NCBI RefSeq assembly: GCF_000012285.1
Contig: NC_007181.1
Span: 1,260,001 to 1,292,000 of the forward strand
DNA: 32,000 nt
Direction of reading: 5' to 3'
Origin: Sulfolobus acidocaldarius DSM 639
Lineage (GTDB): Archaea > Thermoproteota > Thermoprotei_A > Sulfolobales > Sulfolobaceae
Shown here: piece after piece, positions 1 through 9,326 of the stretch
How the letters are laid out: every line of letters begins with the position of its first letter
How positions within the stretch are numbered: position 1 is the stretch's first letter
Notes under the pieces: generated by a model
What the model was told of the DNA's origin: nothing
Database searches by the model: none
Seen by the model: only the letters and a program-made list of their open reading frames with translations
Position numbers and translations under genes: made by a program

Positions 1-249
1 AGACCACAGATCCAGGAAAGACTAGTGGAACAAATTGCAGAAGCCATTATGAAGAGTGATATTCAACCGAAAGGAGTTATGGTAATTGGAGACGCATTGC
101 ATATGTGCACTTATGTTAGAGGGGTAAAGGATAGGGAAGCTAGCTTAATATCATTATCCACTAGAGGAATATTCAGTACGAAGCCTTCCTTGAAGAGTCA
201 GGTATTTAGGCTGATTAACACGTCTAAGAAGTCATCAACTTTTTTATGA
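1..249 (+). CDS. folE: GTP cyclohydrolase I (FolE type), C-terminal part; 5' end lies outside the window
   Basis: Frame 1 is open from base 1 ([16 protein letters not shown]...). The HMC..RGV core ([15 protein letters not shown]) and the TRGIF tail are typical of FolE. Confidence 0.8.
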   Translation, partial: RPQIQERLVEQIAEAIMKSDIQPKGVMVIGDALHMCTYVRGVKDREASLISLSTRGIFSTKPSLKSQVFRLINTSKKSSTFL

Positions 250-272
250 GCTAGTGCGATATATAATTTGAA

Positions 273-1175
273 TTGAGTGATTCGAAAAATAAAATAATTA
301 ATATCCTAAAAAATTACGGTGAGTTATCACAATCAGATTTAGTGAAACTTAGTCAAATGTCTAAGAGTAGAGTATCAGAGATATTATCAGAATTGGAGAA
401 AGACGGTATAATTGAAAGAAGAAGACTAATAGGAAAGAACTTAGCAATTAGATTATCTTCTAGCAAATTTTTGAGTATTGGTATAATAAAGGCTGCTGAA
501 TATCCTTTTGTGGTTCCTTTCGTAAGGTCTTTGAAAGATAAGGGATTCATTGTTGATGTGAAAATTTACAATAATGGTTTAGATCTAACCAGAGACTTAG
601 CTACAGGAAAAATAGATATGGGTTTCTCGCCCTTGGTTACTCAATTAATATTTCAAAAAATTTTCAATGATTTTAAGATAATTGCAGGAGGAGCAAGGGG
701 TGGAGGTGCAATAGTAGGAAATAGCCTGGACAGTTACATAGGCTCTACAGCATTATCTAGCATGGAATTATGGACAATGCTCTTTGACCCTCATCTAGAT
801 ATTGTAGAGTATGAGAGTCCTGAACATTTAATTATGTCGTTAAATACCAAAAGAACTAATGCCATAAGTATATGGGAGCCCTATCCCACCATACTTACGA
901 GAAATGGATATAAGATTCTTCATAGATTTGATGAGCATAATTGTTGTACATTAGCTGTTAATAGTAGGTTAGATTCAGAATTTTTACTGGAAATATACTA
1001 CGATAGTTTTCAGAAGTTTCTATCACAAAAGGATAGATGGATACAGGATTATTCAAACCTTGTTGGAATAGAGTATAATATTTTAAAAGAAGCTACAAAT
1101 AATTATATTTTTGATCCGATTATAGATTTAGAGTATATTAAAAAGAATCTTAGAAGAAATAATGTTTTGGTGTAG
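273..1175 (+). CDS. Putative transcriptional regulator: N-terminal winged HTH fused to a periplasmic-binding-protein-like (NMT1/SsuA-like) domain
   Basis: TTG start. The N-terminus reads ILKNYGELSQSDLVKLSQMSKSRVSEILSELEKDGIIERR (wHTH). The remaining ~230 aa have an alternating beta/alpha PBP-like pattern (GKIDMGFSPLVTQ...). Confidence 0.6.
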   Translation: MSDSKNKIINILKNYGELSQSDLVKLSQMSKSRVSEILSELEKDGIIERRRLIGKNLAIRLSSSKFLSIGIIKAAEYPFVVPFVRSLKDKGFIVDVKIYNNGLDLTRDLATGKIDMGFSPLVTQLIFQKIFNDFKIIAGGARGGGAIVGNSLDSYIGSTALSSMELWTMLFDPHLDIVEYESPEHLIMSLNTKRTNAISIWEPYPTILTRNGYKILHRFDEHNCCTLAVNSRLDSEFLLEIYYDSFQKFLSQKDRWIQDYSNLVGIEYNILKEATNNYIFDPIIDLEYIKKNLRRNNVLV

Positions 1176-1178
1176 TTT

Positions 1179-2600
1179 TTAAGAATCTAGATACTGATAT
1201 ATTTCCATAGGATGTGGATATAGTTGCATCATTTTTGCTTCTTCTTTCTTTAGGTCTAGATATGCTTGTAATATTGAAGAGTTGAATACTGGCTTCAGGA
1301 ATTCATTATCACTCTCTAACTCATTCAAAGCTTCATCTAATGATCCTGGTAATTCTCTTATTTTCAGGCTCCTTTTCTTCTCTTCACTCATATGATATAT
1401 GTTTTCGTCCACTGGATCACCTGGGTCTAGTTTTCTTCTGATTCCATCTAAACCTGCCATAAGTATTGCAGAGAATACAAGGTAGGGATTAGATGAAGGG
1501 TCAGGTGGTCTGTATTCTAACCTTTTAGCTTTTTCCATTCCCTTGTAATAGGCTGGAATTCTTATTGCAGCACTTCTGTTAGATTTACTCCAAACCAAGT
1601 ATACAGGGGCTTCATACCCTGGCACTAAACGTCTATAACTATTAGTGGTTGGTGCGACTATTGCGCTTAATGCTCTGCCATGTTCTAAGAGACCGCCTAT
1701 AATGTATCTACCTATTTGGCTTAATTCTGCATATTCATCATTAGGATCATACATTAGATTTTTCCCATCTTTTGTCCACAAACTAAAGTGAGTATGCATA
1801 CCACTACCGTTGTCTCCGAAGAATGGTTTTGGCATAAATGTCGCTATCATACCACGTTTACTTGCAATGTTCTTTGTTACATATTTAAGAACCTGTACTT
1901 TATCTGCAGTATCAGCTAATGTGGAGAATCTGAAATCTATCTCACCTTGACCTGCTGTTGCTACTTCATGATGAGCTGCTTCTATTGTAAACCCAAAGTA
2001 GTCTACTAAAGTACTTATAATTTCCAAGCGTATATCCATTAATTGATCAACTGGTGATGCAGGATAGTATCCTTCTTTATACCTTATTACATATCCGCCA
2101 TTCTTAGACCATGGTGCTTCTCTGGAATGTATTTTATATCCTGTTCCGCTTTGAGGTAATGATGCGTCTACCTCTACTTTATCGAACACGAAAAATTCTA
2201 GTTCCGGTCCGAAATAACTTACATACCCTTGTTCGCTCTGGTATTTTTCTGCCTCTTCGGCTATCCCTCTTGGATCTCTCTCAAATCTACCTTTTCCACC
2301 TCCCCAGAATACCTTAGTCAGTACTCTTGCGACACCTTGCATCCAAGGTATTAGTGTCATTGTTTGAGGTATTGGTAATAATACCATATCGCTTTCATAA
2401 ATACTGGTGAATCCCTTTATGCTGCTTCCGTCTAACTTACCGAATCCAACCTTAAACGAGCTTTCATCAAATTCATTTGATGGTATTGTTATATGTTGCA
2501 ATTTACCTAGGAGATCTGTAAATTGTAAATCAACCCATTTTATATTATTACTTTTCAAAAACTCTAGTGCTTCATGTTCATTTTTTGGAAGTCCTGGCAT
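1179..2600 (-). CDS. glnA: Glutamine synthetase type I
   Basis: 473 aa with classic GS motifs: FDGSSI-like ([10 protein letters not shown]), [31 protein letters not shown] and [10 protein letters not shown]. Confidence 0.95.
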   Translation of the reverse strand: MPGLPKNEHEALEFLKSNNIKWVDLQFTDLLGKLQHITIPSNEFDESSFKVGFGKLDGSSIKGFTSIYESDMVLLPIPQTMTLIPWMQGVARVLTKVFWGGGKGRFERDPRGIAEEAEKYQSEQGYVSYFGPELEFFVFDKVEVDASLPQSGTGYKIHSREAPWSKNGGYVIRYKEGYYPASPVDQLMDIRLEIISTLVDYFGFTIEAAHHEVATAGQGEIDFRFSTLADTADKVQVLKYVTKNIASKRGMIATFMPKPFFGDNGSGMHTHFSLWTKDGKNLMYDPNDEYAELSQIGRYIIGGLLEHGRALSAIVAPTTNSYRRLVPGYEAPVYLVWSKSNRSAAIRIPAYYKGMEKAKRLEYRPPDPSSNPYLVFSAILMAGLDGIRRKLDPGDPVDENIYHMSEEKKRSLKIRELPGSLDEALNELESDNEFLKPVFNSSILQAYLDLKKEEAKMMQLYPHPMEIYQYLDS

Positions 2601-2707
2601 GTGGTACTAATTATTGAAAGGCTATAAAAATATAACTGGGCTTAGTGTAAAAACTTTTCAAAAATATATACCTATTTTCTCATGACAGATTGTATAAATG
2701 TAAAATT

Positions 2708-3322
2708 TCATGATACTCTTTTTAAGATACCGTTCTCCATTATATACATACACTCACTATATTTAGAGTCATCCAGATCTTGAGATACGAAAATAATTCT
2801 AATATCATGTTTTTTTGATAGCGAGATGTAATTTTGAATGAAAAGATCCTTATTGTTAATGTTAGAAAAGGCTTCGTCTATTAGTATGTATTTTGGGCTA
2901 GACAATAACGCAGTAACCAAGGAGACTTTCTCTCTCATTCCGAGACTTAAGTCCCTTAATTTTTTGTTTTCATCTACGTCTTTTATCAGTTCCATACTCT
3001 CATCTAGTATTTTTTCATTTTTATTTCTTGATTTTCTCAGTCCATAATATAAATGCTTCATTACTGAGAGGTTCGGTATATATGAGTCTGGTGTGACTAG
3101 GACTAGGTCTCTTTTCCAGGGGGGAAGTTTGGAAACTTCAGTACCATCAATTTTTATATATCCTTCATCGAAGTCAACTAGACCTGCTAGAATTTTAAGT
3201 AATGTAGTTTTACCACTTCCATTTTTTCCATGAATAAAAATAATTTTACTGTCCTCATTTATTTCAGCATTTAATAAGAAATTCCCTAGTTTTTTCTTTA
3301 TTCTAGCCTCAATTAGAGACAT
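2708..3322 (-). CDS. Orphan ABC-type ATPase with degenerate Q-loop, signature and H-loop
   Basis: Walker A (GKNGSGKTT) and Walker B (ILIDEAF) are intact. The signature is LSLGM instead of LSGGQ, the Q-loop position reads VTPDS, and the H-loop position reads VSQDL. No permease gene is adjacent. Confidence 0.8.
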   Translation of the reverse strand: MSLIEARIKKKLGNFLLNAEINEDSKIIFIHGKNGSGKTTLLKILAGLVDFDEGYIKIDGTEVSKLPPWKRDLVLVTPDSYIPNLSVMKHLYYGLRKSRNKNEKILDESMELIKDVDENKKLRDLSLGMREKVSLVTALLSSPKYILIDEAFSNINNKDLFIQNYISLSKKHDIRIIFVSQDLDDSKYSECMYIMENGILKRVS

Positions 3323-3734
3323 ATTTTTTCACATATTCCTCTAATATTTCTTCCTCTACCGCACCTACGACCTGGTCAACTAGTTTTCCGCCAACGAATA
3401 TCAGTGTAGTAGGTATATTTAGTACTCCAAATTTATCTGCAGAATTAGCATTGTCATCTACATTGAGTCTACCGAAAACAGCTTTTCCCTTATATTTTAA
3501 TGCGACTCTTTTGAACACAGGTTCGTATAAATGACACGGACCACACCAAGGAGCCCAACAATCCACAAATACTACATTGTTTTTACTAATTATTTCATCT
3601 ATATTCCCATCATTTATCTGAACTGTAGGATCCTCAGTTTGAATCATATTTTTGGCTTTTTCTTCTAGCTTTCTTGATATATCATTAATTAATTGATTTA
3701 ATTCATTCTCGTCCATTTTATTCACAATATACAT
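3309..3734 (-). CDS. trxA: Thioredoxin with an N-terminal extension of about 35 aa
   Basis: WCGPC active site within a thioredoxin fold pattern (VVFVDCWAPWCGPCHLYEPVF...NIPTTLIF). An alternative start exists at the second ATG (3716). The 3' end overlaps the downstream ABC ATPase start by 14 nt. Confidence 0.9.
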   Translation of the reverse strand: MYIVNKMDENELNQLINDISRKLEEKAKNMIQTEDPTVQINDGNIDEIISKNNVVFVDCWAPWCGPCHLYEPVFKRVALKYKGKAVFGRLNVDDNANSADKFGVLNIPTTLIFVGGKLVDQVVGAVEEEILEEYVKKYVSN

Positions 3735-3946
3735 TAACTTTTTCTTCGTATAAAAATTAATTCTATTGGTTCGTAAATCTAAATGTTAACAGATCTAAGA
3801 TCTACAATTATTCCTGATTTTTATTTTTCAAAACAAGCAAACATCATCGATATTTAAAGTCCTAAACAATTTTAATATACAAGCATTTATCCCCTTTATC
3901 AACTACTTATAAGCAGATGAAAGTACACTGATTATAGTTAGTAATA

Positions 3947-4825
3947 GTGATTAGGATGATAAGGGTAATAGGCTTATCACGAATTCATATCACTCTGTTG
4001 GATTTAGAGGGTTTATATGGGCGTATAGATGGTGGAGTTGGAGTAGCCTTAAAATATCCTAGAGTTGTTATGAGGAATGGAGACTGTACGACAGTCAACA
4101 TATCGCTTCCCTTTAGAATGCCTTCCGTATGTATAGAAGAGGATTATGAAGCTCATGTTGGACTTGGACATACCACACAATTCTTACTTTCAGCCGCTAA
4201 GCTAGCAGCTGAGTATAATCTAAAGAATGTGGATGTAGTAGATCTAGCAAGGATTGTGAAAAGGGGCGGGACCTCAGGTGTCGGTGTTTATGCTTTTAAA
4301 TACGGGGGATTTATAGTCGATGCAGGGCATTCTGTAAAGGTTAAGCAAAATATAGCCCCTTCAGATTTCTCCGATGCCCCACCCCCTCCACTCATGACCA
4401 GATATTCGTTTCCTTGGTATATCTATATAAATACACCTTCATATGGTAGACGAATTTTTGGTGTAGAAGAACTAAATGCGTTCAAGAAGGAAGTTAAGGG
4501 TACTAGTGAGGTAATCAGAGTAACTTTTATGGAGTTAGTACCTGCTGTAATAGATCATGATATCTCATCCGCACTCGATGCTATAGCCAAGATACAAAAT
4601 CTTGGATTTAAAAGAATCGAAGTTAACATGCAGACTGAGCAGGTTAGGGATCTTATGAAATCCATGTATAATAAGGGATTTCCGGCAGGTATATCGTCTT
4701 TTGGACCTACGGTTTATACTTTCGTAAACACTAAGAGAGAAGGTGAAGAGTTAGTGTCATATTTTGGTGGTCTTGTAACTGAACCTAATAATGAAGGGGC
4801 GAAGGTAATTTGGTCAAAAGACTAG
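3947..4825 (+). CDS. Beta-ribofuranosylaminobenzene 5'-phosphate (beta-RFAP) synthase family protein (GHMP-kinase fold)
   Basis: The N-terminus MIRVIGLSRIHITLLDLEG..GRIDGGVGVAL and the GGTSGVG glycine-rich loop match my recollection of the RFAP synthase family. The start may be the ATG at 3956 rather than the GTG at 3947. Confidence 0.65.
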   Translation: MIRMIRVIGLSRIHITLLDLEGLYGRIDGGVGVALKYPRVVMRNGDCTTVNISLPFRMPSVCIEEDYEAHVGLGHTTQFLLSAAKLAAEYNLKNVDVVDLARIVKRGGTSGVGVYAFKYGGFIVDAGHSVKVKQNIAPSDFSDAPPPPLMTRYSFPWYIYINTPSYGRRIFGVEELNAFKKEVKGTSEVIRVTFMELVPAVIDHDISSALDAIAKIQNLGFKRIEVNMQTEQVRDLMKSMYNKGFPAGISSFGPTVYTFVNTKREGEELVSYFGGLVTEPNNEGAKVIWSKD

Positions 4826-5859
4826 AGTACGATGAATTTGTCCTGGATGAGCTGAGGAAGGTTTCAGGAACTAAATTTAACTCTTTACTTGACTCTTTAC
4901 TAGTACCAAATAGTAGACTCTACATCAGGGTCAATACGTTAAAGACGTCTCCTACTAGGATTAGAGAGCGTCTTCCTTTTTTACATGAGGATGAAGATTT
5001 TAGCGAAGCTCTCTACATCGAGATAAGAGGACCCAGTAAGTTAGAAGAAAGAGAAAGCAAGGTCATAGTAGATAAAAGAACTGCTGAAAGTGTAATGATG
5101 GGTGCAAATGTATACAGACCCGGCGTAAAGAGGGTAATTGGTAATAGTAGGTTTGTTAACGTGGTTAGTGAAAATGGTATAATTATAGCTGAGGGCGAAT
5201 TAGTTAATCAAGGTAACCTAGCTGTAAAAATTACAAAAAGCATGTATTCCTCTTATCCTCTTTCAGATTTGGATGAGTTAAAAACAGGTGAAATATTACT
5301 TCAAGGAAAAGCGTCGATGTATGTTGCCTATCTGATAGATCCTAAACCAGGCGAAAAAATTATAGATATGACTGCACATCCTGGAGGTAAGTTAACTCAT
5401 ATTTATCAATTAGAGCCTAAGGCTAGAATCTTAGGATTTGACCATACTAAGAGAAAAGTTCAGGATCTAAGGCAATTAACGCAAAGACTAGGTATGCATA
5501 TAGAGACATATCTTGCAGATTCACGTTATCTTTATGAAGATTTTAGGATAAGTGATGTTGATAAGGTTCTTATAGACCCACCATGTTCAGCCTTAGGTTT
5601 AAGACCTAAGATTTATGACAAGAAAAACAAAGAAGATTTAATAAATTTATCAAGTTATCAAAAACAATTTATAAACGCAGCGTATAAACTCCTTAAGAAG
5701 GATGGAATCTTAATCTATTCCACGTGTACGATGACTGAAATAGAGAATGAGAGAATCGTTGAAGATGAGAGATTCGAACTGGAAGAGATAATAAGGTTCT
5801 ACCCTATGGTGCACGATATAACAGGGTTTTTTATAGCCAAATTAAGAAAGAGAAAATAA
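4810..5859 (+). CDS. NOL1/NOP2/Sun-family RNA cytosine-C5 methyltransferase with a PUA-like N-terminal region
   Basis: Motif IV is DPPCSALG (catalytic PC) and motif VI is YSTCTMTEIENE (TC). The SAM-binding stretch is IIDMTAHPGGK. TTG start overlaps the upstream gene by 16 nt. Confidence 0.85.
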   Translation: MVKRLEYDEFVLDELRKVSGTKFNSLLDSLLVPNSRLYIRVNTLKTSPTRIRERLPFLHEDEDFSEALYIEIRGPSKLEERESKVIVDKRTAESVMMGANVYRPGVKRVIGNSRFVNVVSENGIIIAEGELVNQGNLAVKITKSMYSSYPLSDLDELKTGEILLQGKASMYVAYLIDPKPGEKIIDMTAHPGGKLTHIYQLEPKARILGFDHTKRKVQDLRQLTQRLGMHIETYLADSRYLYEDFRISDVDKVLIDPPCSALGLRPKIYDKKNKEDLINLSSYQKQFINAAYKLLKKDGILIYSTCTMTEIENERIVEDERFELEEIIRFYPMVHDITGFFIAKLRKRK

Positions 5860-6368
5860 TGCCTATTGAAGAGTATTTAGGTAAAAAACCTAAGGTATCA
5901 AATAAGGCATATATTCATCCTACAGCCTACATAATAGGAGATGTAGAAATAAAGGAACTAGCTAGTATATGGCACTATGTAGTGATAAGGGCGGATAACG
6001 ATTCAATAGTAATAGGAAAGGAGACAAATATTCAAGAAAACACTACGGTGCATACAGATTATGGGTTTAAGACTATTATAGGAGATAGAGTTAGCATAGG
6101 GCATAATGCAGTAATTCATGGAGCCACAATTGCATCTAATGTAATAATTGGAATGGGTGCGATACTATTGAACGGCTCTAAGGTAGGAGAGTATTCTATT
6201 GTAGGTGCAGGTTCTGTAGTTCCTCAAAATGTTGAAATACCTCCATACAGTATCGCTGTGGGTGTTCCTGCTAAAGTTATAAGAAAAGTAGGTGAGGCGG
6301 AAAAGAAAATGATTGAGGAAAACGCAGAAGAATATTTAAAACATACAAGGAGGTTTCTTAAATTATGA
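5859..6368 (+). CDS. Gamma-carbonic-anhydrase-like / hexapeptide-repeat (LbH) protein
   Basis: Repeating [LIV]G hexapeptides and IGHNAVIHGATI, typical of the gamma-CA/PaaY family. The start overlaps the upstream stop (TAATG). Confidence 0.85.
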   Translation: MPIEEYLGKKPKVSNKAYIHPTAYIIGDVEIKELASIWHYVVIRADNDSIVIGKETNIQENTTVHTDYGFKTIIGDRVSIGHNAVIHGATIASNVIIGMGAILLNGSKVGEYSIVGAGSVVPQNVEIPPYSIAVGVPAKVIRKVGEAEKKMIEENAEEYLKHTRRFLKL

Positions 6369-7336
6369 ATAGAGATATTAAAGCGTTTAGATGGTTTATA
6401 AGAACACAAGTACTTAAAGACCCTTTTAATCCGGCTTATGCTACGTTTAAAGTTACATCAAGATGTAACTTGCACTGTTCATTTTGTAACCCATCATATT
6501 ATAATGGGGAGCTGGGGGAGAGTAGTACAGAAAAAGTTAAGAAAATGATTGATAATATGCGTGATTCTTCTATAGTTGTGCTGTCTTTTGAAGGTGGAGA
6601 ACCAACAATAAGACAAGATATACTAGAGTTACTTGAATATGCTCATGATGGTTCTTTTTATGTGATGCTCACCACTAACGGATATAGACTTAATGACGAA
6701 TCGTTTTTATCAAAGTTGGCTGATAGAATTGACTTCTTACATTATTCGATTGACGAGTATCATTGGAACGCAAAAGCTATTGATAATTTGCAGAGGTTCA
6801 GAGATTACGGTCTTAAGGTTAATGTTCAAACAGTGGTAACTCGATATAATTTACATAAGCTTGAAGAAAAAGTAAGAAAAGTTCACGAGTGTCAATATAA
6901 AATAGTTATCCTTCCGGCAATAGATTACCCTGGTTCCAAAGTGAAATTAGAACCAGATCCGAATGAATTGTATAAAGTACTTTCTGAATTGAAGAGAAAA
7001 TACGGACCGACTATAAACAATACATGGGGATTCATAAATGCTTTAGTAGGTAAGAGTGCTCCTACGAGAGTGGTAAGTTATGCTATTACTGTGTATCCGA
7101 ATGGCGAGATTCCTTACCCTGATGATATCAATGGAAAAATAGTAGGCAACCTAGTTGAAGAAAAACTCCAAGATATTCTAAAGAAGCAAATAGTGAAAGA
7201 ACTACAAAAAGACATGTTAAATAATCAAGCAAAATTTGAGTATTTACATCTGCAAACGTACTCGTTCAATAGTATAAAAGACTTGGCAAGCTATGTAAAT
7301 GAAATGTTGAAATGGAGATTTTTAGGTAGAGCCTAA
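6365..7336 (+). CDS. Radical SAM protein of unknown specificity
   Basis: CxxxCxxC cluster motif CNLHCSFC near the N-terminus, followed by the GGEP motif (SFEGGEPTIR). ATGA overlap with the upstream gene. Confidence 0.8.
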   Translation: MNRDIKAFRWFIRTQVLKDPFNPAYATFKVTSRCNLHCSFCNPSYYNGELGESSTEKVKKMIDNMRDSSIVVLSFEGGEPTIRQDILELLEYAHDGSFYVMLTTNGYRLNDESFLSKLADRIDFLHYSIDEYHWNAKAIDNLQRFRDYGLKVNVQTVVTRYNLHKLEEKVRKVHECQYKIVILPAIDYPGSKVKLEPDPNELYKVLSELKRKYGPTINNTWGFINALVGKSAPTRVVSYAITVYPNGEIPYPDDINGKIVGNLVEEKLQDILKKQIVKELQKDMLNNQAKFEYLHLQTYSFNSIKDLASYVNEMLKWRFLGRA

Positions 7337-8196
7337 CCAAATGTATTTTTATAGGCCTTTTCCACATCCTCTATGACTAAATGAGTATAAACTTGAGTTA
7401 CTCTTATGTCTTTGTGTCCTAATATTTTTTGTACTACTGGTAATGGTATACCTTTCCTTATTGCTTCTGTCGCAAATGTATGTCTTAATATATGTGGTCT
7501 TAGATCTATTCCTATTTTCTTTCCTAGTCTTCTTAGTTTTCTATATAGAGCCTGATACGTCATATTTATCAGTTTGTCTTCAGGCTCCTTTTTATTTTTC
7601 TGAATATATTTTTTTAATAATGCACCAGTGTGAGAGGTAAAGAAAACTATTCTTGATTCGCCGTTCTTTGTATTTCTTATTATAATACGTCTTCTTTCAA
7701 GGTCTATATCTTGAACTTTAATAGACAATAGTTCCTTTGCTCGGATTCCAGTGTCAATTAGCAGGTTTAATATTACCGCATCACGAAGTTTCTTTGCACT
7801 GGCTTTTAATTTCTCTAGCTCTTCGTACGTAAGTGCTCTTATTTCATTTTTCCTCGCTTTAGGTACCGTTGGCTTTACATCTTTACCTAGCCATTTGAGA
7901 AATCTAAGTACTGCAGTTAAGTAAATCTTCGCGGTAGTTAGTTTCATTCTTCTTTTTTCGTTTTCTTCTCTAACTCTCTTACTCCTAGTGCTGCTCTTAA
8001 GGATTTTTAGCAACCATGCGTTTACGTCTGAATTAGTTACTTGGCGGGGATCTTTCTTCACAAAATCTAGGAAATCCTTTATTGCGATGGAATAGAGTCG
8101 TATTGTATTTTCACTTGCGCCTGCCAGATTAAGTGTAAGAATAAATTTATTATAAGGATCGTCCGAGTTAGCGTCTCCTTCTAACTGCAACCTCAT
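7333..8196 (-). CDS. Tyrosine recombinase, Xer/phage-integrase family (XerA-like)
   Basis: C-terminal catalytic signature HILRHTFATEAI...LGHKDIRVTQVYTHL (R...HxxR...Y). The N-terminal SAM-like core-binding region reads TIRLYSIAIKDFLDFV. Confidence 0.85.
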   Translation of the reverse strand: MRLQLEGDANSDDPYNKFILTLNLAGASENTIRLYSIAIKDFLDFVKKDPRQVTNSDVNAWLLKILKSSTRSKRVREENEKRRMKLTTAKIYLTAVLRFLKWLGKDVKPTVPKARKNEIRALTYEELEKLKASAKKLRDAVILNLLIDTGIRAKELLSIKVQDIDLERRRIIIRNTKNGESRIVFFTSHTGALLKKYIQKNKKEPEDKLINMTYQALYRKLRRLGKKIGIDLRPHILRHTFATEAIRKGIPLPVVQKILGHKDIRVTQVYTHLVIEDVEKAYKNTFG

Positions 8197-8331
8197 GTTT
8201 TTATTCTTTGTTGGTGTAACGCTTATTAAGAAATTAGAATATTATTCCTTGTTTCTCTATTTTTATTTTAGCGTTATAACGTTATTTATAATACAAAACT
8301 ACTTATACCCCGAGGAAAATGAAAATATAGG

Positions 8332-8391
8332 GTATCCAGGGACCCTTGAAAAGGAATGATGTTCCCCCTGACCCCCCAGGTCCCTGGATAC
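8332..8391 (-). other. GC-rich composite stem-loop: candidate 3' structured RNA or terminator element of the 8394..9269 gene
   Basis: Perfect 13-bp inverted repeat GTATCCAGGGACC (8332-8344) / GGTCCCTGGATAC (8379-8391) with a 34-nt loop. On the minus-strand RNA the loop can form a second helix (GGGGGAA/UUCCUUU, including G-U pairs). It starts 2 nt after the minus-strand stop codon and is followed by U-tracts (cctatattttcattttcc). It is the only GC-rich island in the window. Confidence 0.4.
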
Positions 8392-8393
8392 TT

Positions 8394-9269
8394 CTATACG
8401 TGATATAAAAAGCCCATATTTCCTCTTCTAATGATATAATATCTTTCTATGAATCTCTTCATATATTGTCTAAGCTTAGATATTTTAACAACCTCTTTAT
8501 TTCCGCCCCAAGGTCTATCACTTCTTATGTGAATTCCTTCACTTCCAGTATCTATAATAGTTACAAAAATGGGTGAAAATTTTCCGGCTCTGTGGTCATT
8601 AATAAACTTACCAACGTAAATTCCAGTTCTCATGGCTAATTCACCTAACTTTGGCATATTTTCTATTAGATCGCCGATTATGAATGAGTTCTGATACTGT
8701 AAATATTCATTAACCTTGAAGAATTGAAATGGACTTAGAGGCTTACAGGCAGGGAACACTAAATCAGCTTTTTCTGTATATTGTATGTGTTTTTCGTTCA
8801 TCTTATTTGCCAGCACTTGAGCTACTCTGTCACCCAGGAAAGATAAATAACTTCCATGGTAGTATACTTGTTTTCCTAATTTTTTCAGATAAAATGCTAA
8901 CTGTACTACAAGATAACCGTCATAAAATTCATTTTCAGCTTCTATAGAAATTCTATCTAGTCCTCGTAATTTTTTTATAAATTGAATTTGTTCTTCTCTA
9001 TTGCATCCTGTTGCTATAATTAAGTTATCAGCGTTGTACTCATGATTTTGGGTTTTTATCCATTTTCCCTTCAGGTCAAATTCAATAACCTTATCCACGG
9101 TAACAAAAGGTATGTTTACAGTATCCATTAATGGTTTGAAAAGCAAACTTCTGGTTAGTGAAGTGTAAAATACAAATTTATTATGCTGTGAAATTATGAT
9201 TGGTTCTTCATTCAGATTATAATAAGCATTTAATCCTGCATAGCCTGAGCCTACTATAATCGTCTTCAT
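8394..9269 (-). CDS. FAD/NAD(P)-binding oxidoreductase (short NDH-2/SQR-like pyridine nucleotide-disulfide oxidoreductase family)
   Basis: N-terminal dinucleotide fold MKTIIVGSGYAGLNAY (GxGxxG), an ATG motif (LIIATGC) and a C-terminal IIGD-type FAD motif (SFIIGDL). Confidence 0.7.
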   Translation of the reverse strand: MKTIIVGSGYAGLNAYYNLNEEPIIISQHNKFVFYTSLTRSLLFKPLMDTVNIPFVTVDKVIEFDLKGKWIKTQNHEYNADNLIIATGCNREEQIQFIKKLRGLDRISIEAENEFYDGYLVVQLAFYLKKLGKQVYYHGSYLSFLGDRVAQVLANKMNEKHIQYTEKADLVFPACKPLSPFQFFKVNEYLQYQNSFIIGDLIENMPKLGELAMRTGIYVGKFINDHRAGKFSPIFVTIIDTGSEGIHIRSDRPWGGNKEVVKISKLRQYMKRFIERYYIIRRGNMGFLYHV

Positions 9270-9326
9270 AATAATAGTTAAGAAATTAAGGGAAATATAA
9301 AATAAGGAGATATGGTAGTATACTAG

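Noticed and set aside
3791-3803. Palindrome AGATCT-A-AGATCT in the trx/RFAP-synthase divergent spacer, and the 10-bp palindrome CGTTATAACG at 8272-8281 upstream of the recombinase gene.
   Set aside because: A rough estimate for this base composition gives tens of perfect 10-12 bp palindromes per 32 kb by chance. Without conservation data they are not evidence of operators.
8345-8378. Reading the hairpin loop as a C/D-box sRNA (aATGATGt resembles a C box and CTGA a D box on the plus strand).
   Set aside because: The two boxes are only 5 nt apart. There is no second C'/D' pair and no ~12-nt guide regions, so it does not have C/D sRNA architecture. At most it is a k-turn-like motif, which I cannot support.
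7333-8400. The tyrosine recombinase as a marker of an integrated virus, plasmid or genomic island.
   Set aside because: There is no adjacent tRNA gene, and I could not see flanking direct repeats or viral/plasmid genes. The neighbours on both sides are ordinary metabolic genes with the same composition. A chromosomal Xer-type recombinase is the simpler reading. I cannot exclude a degraded element without whole-genome comparison.
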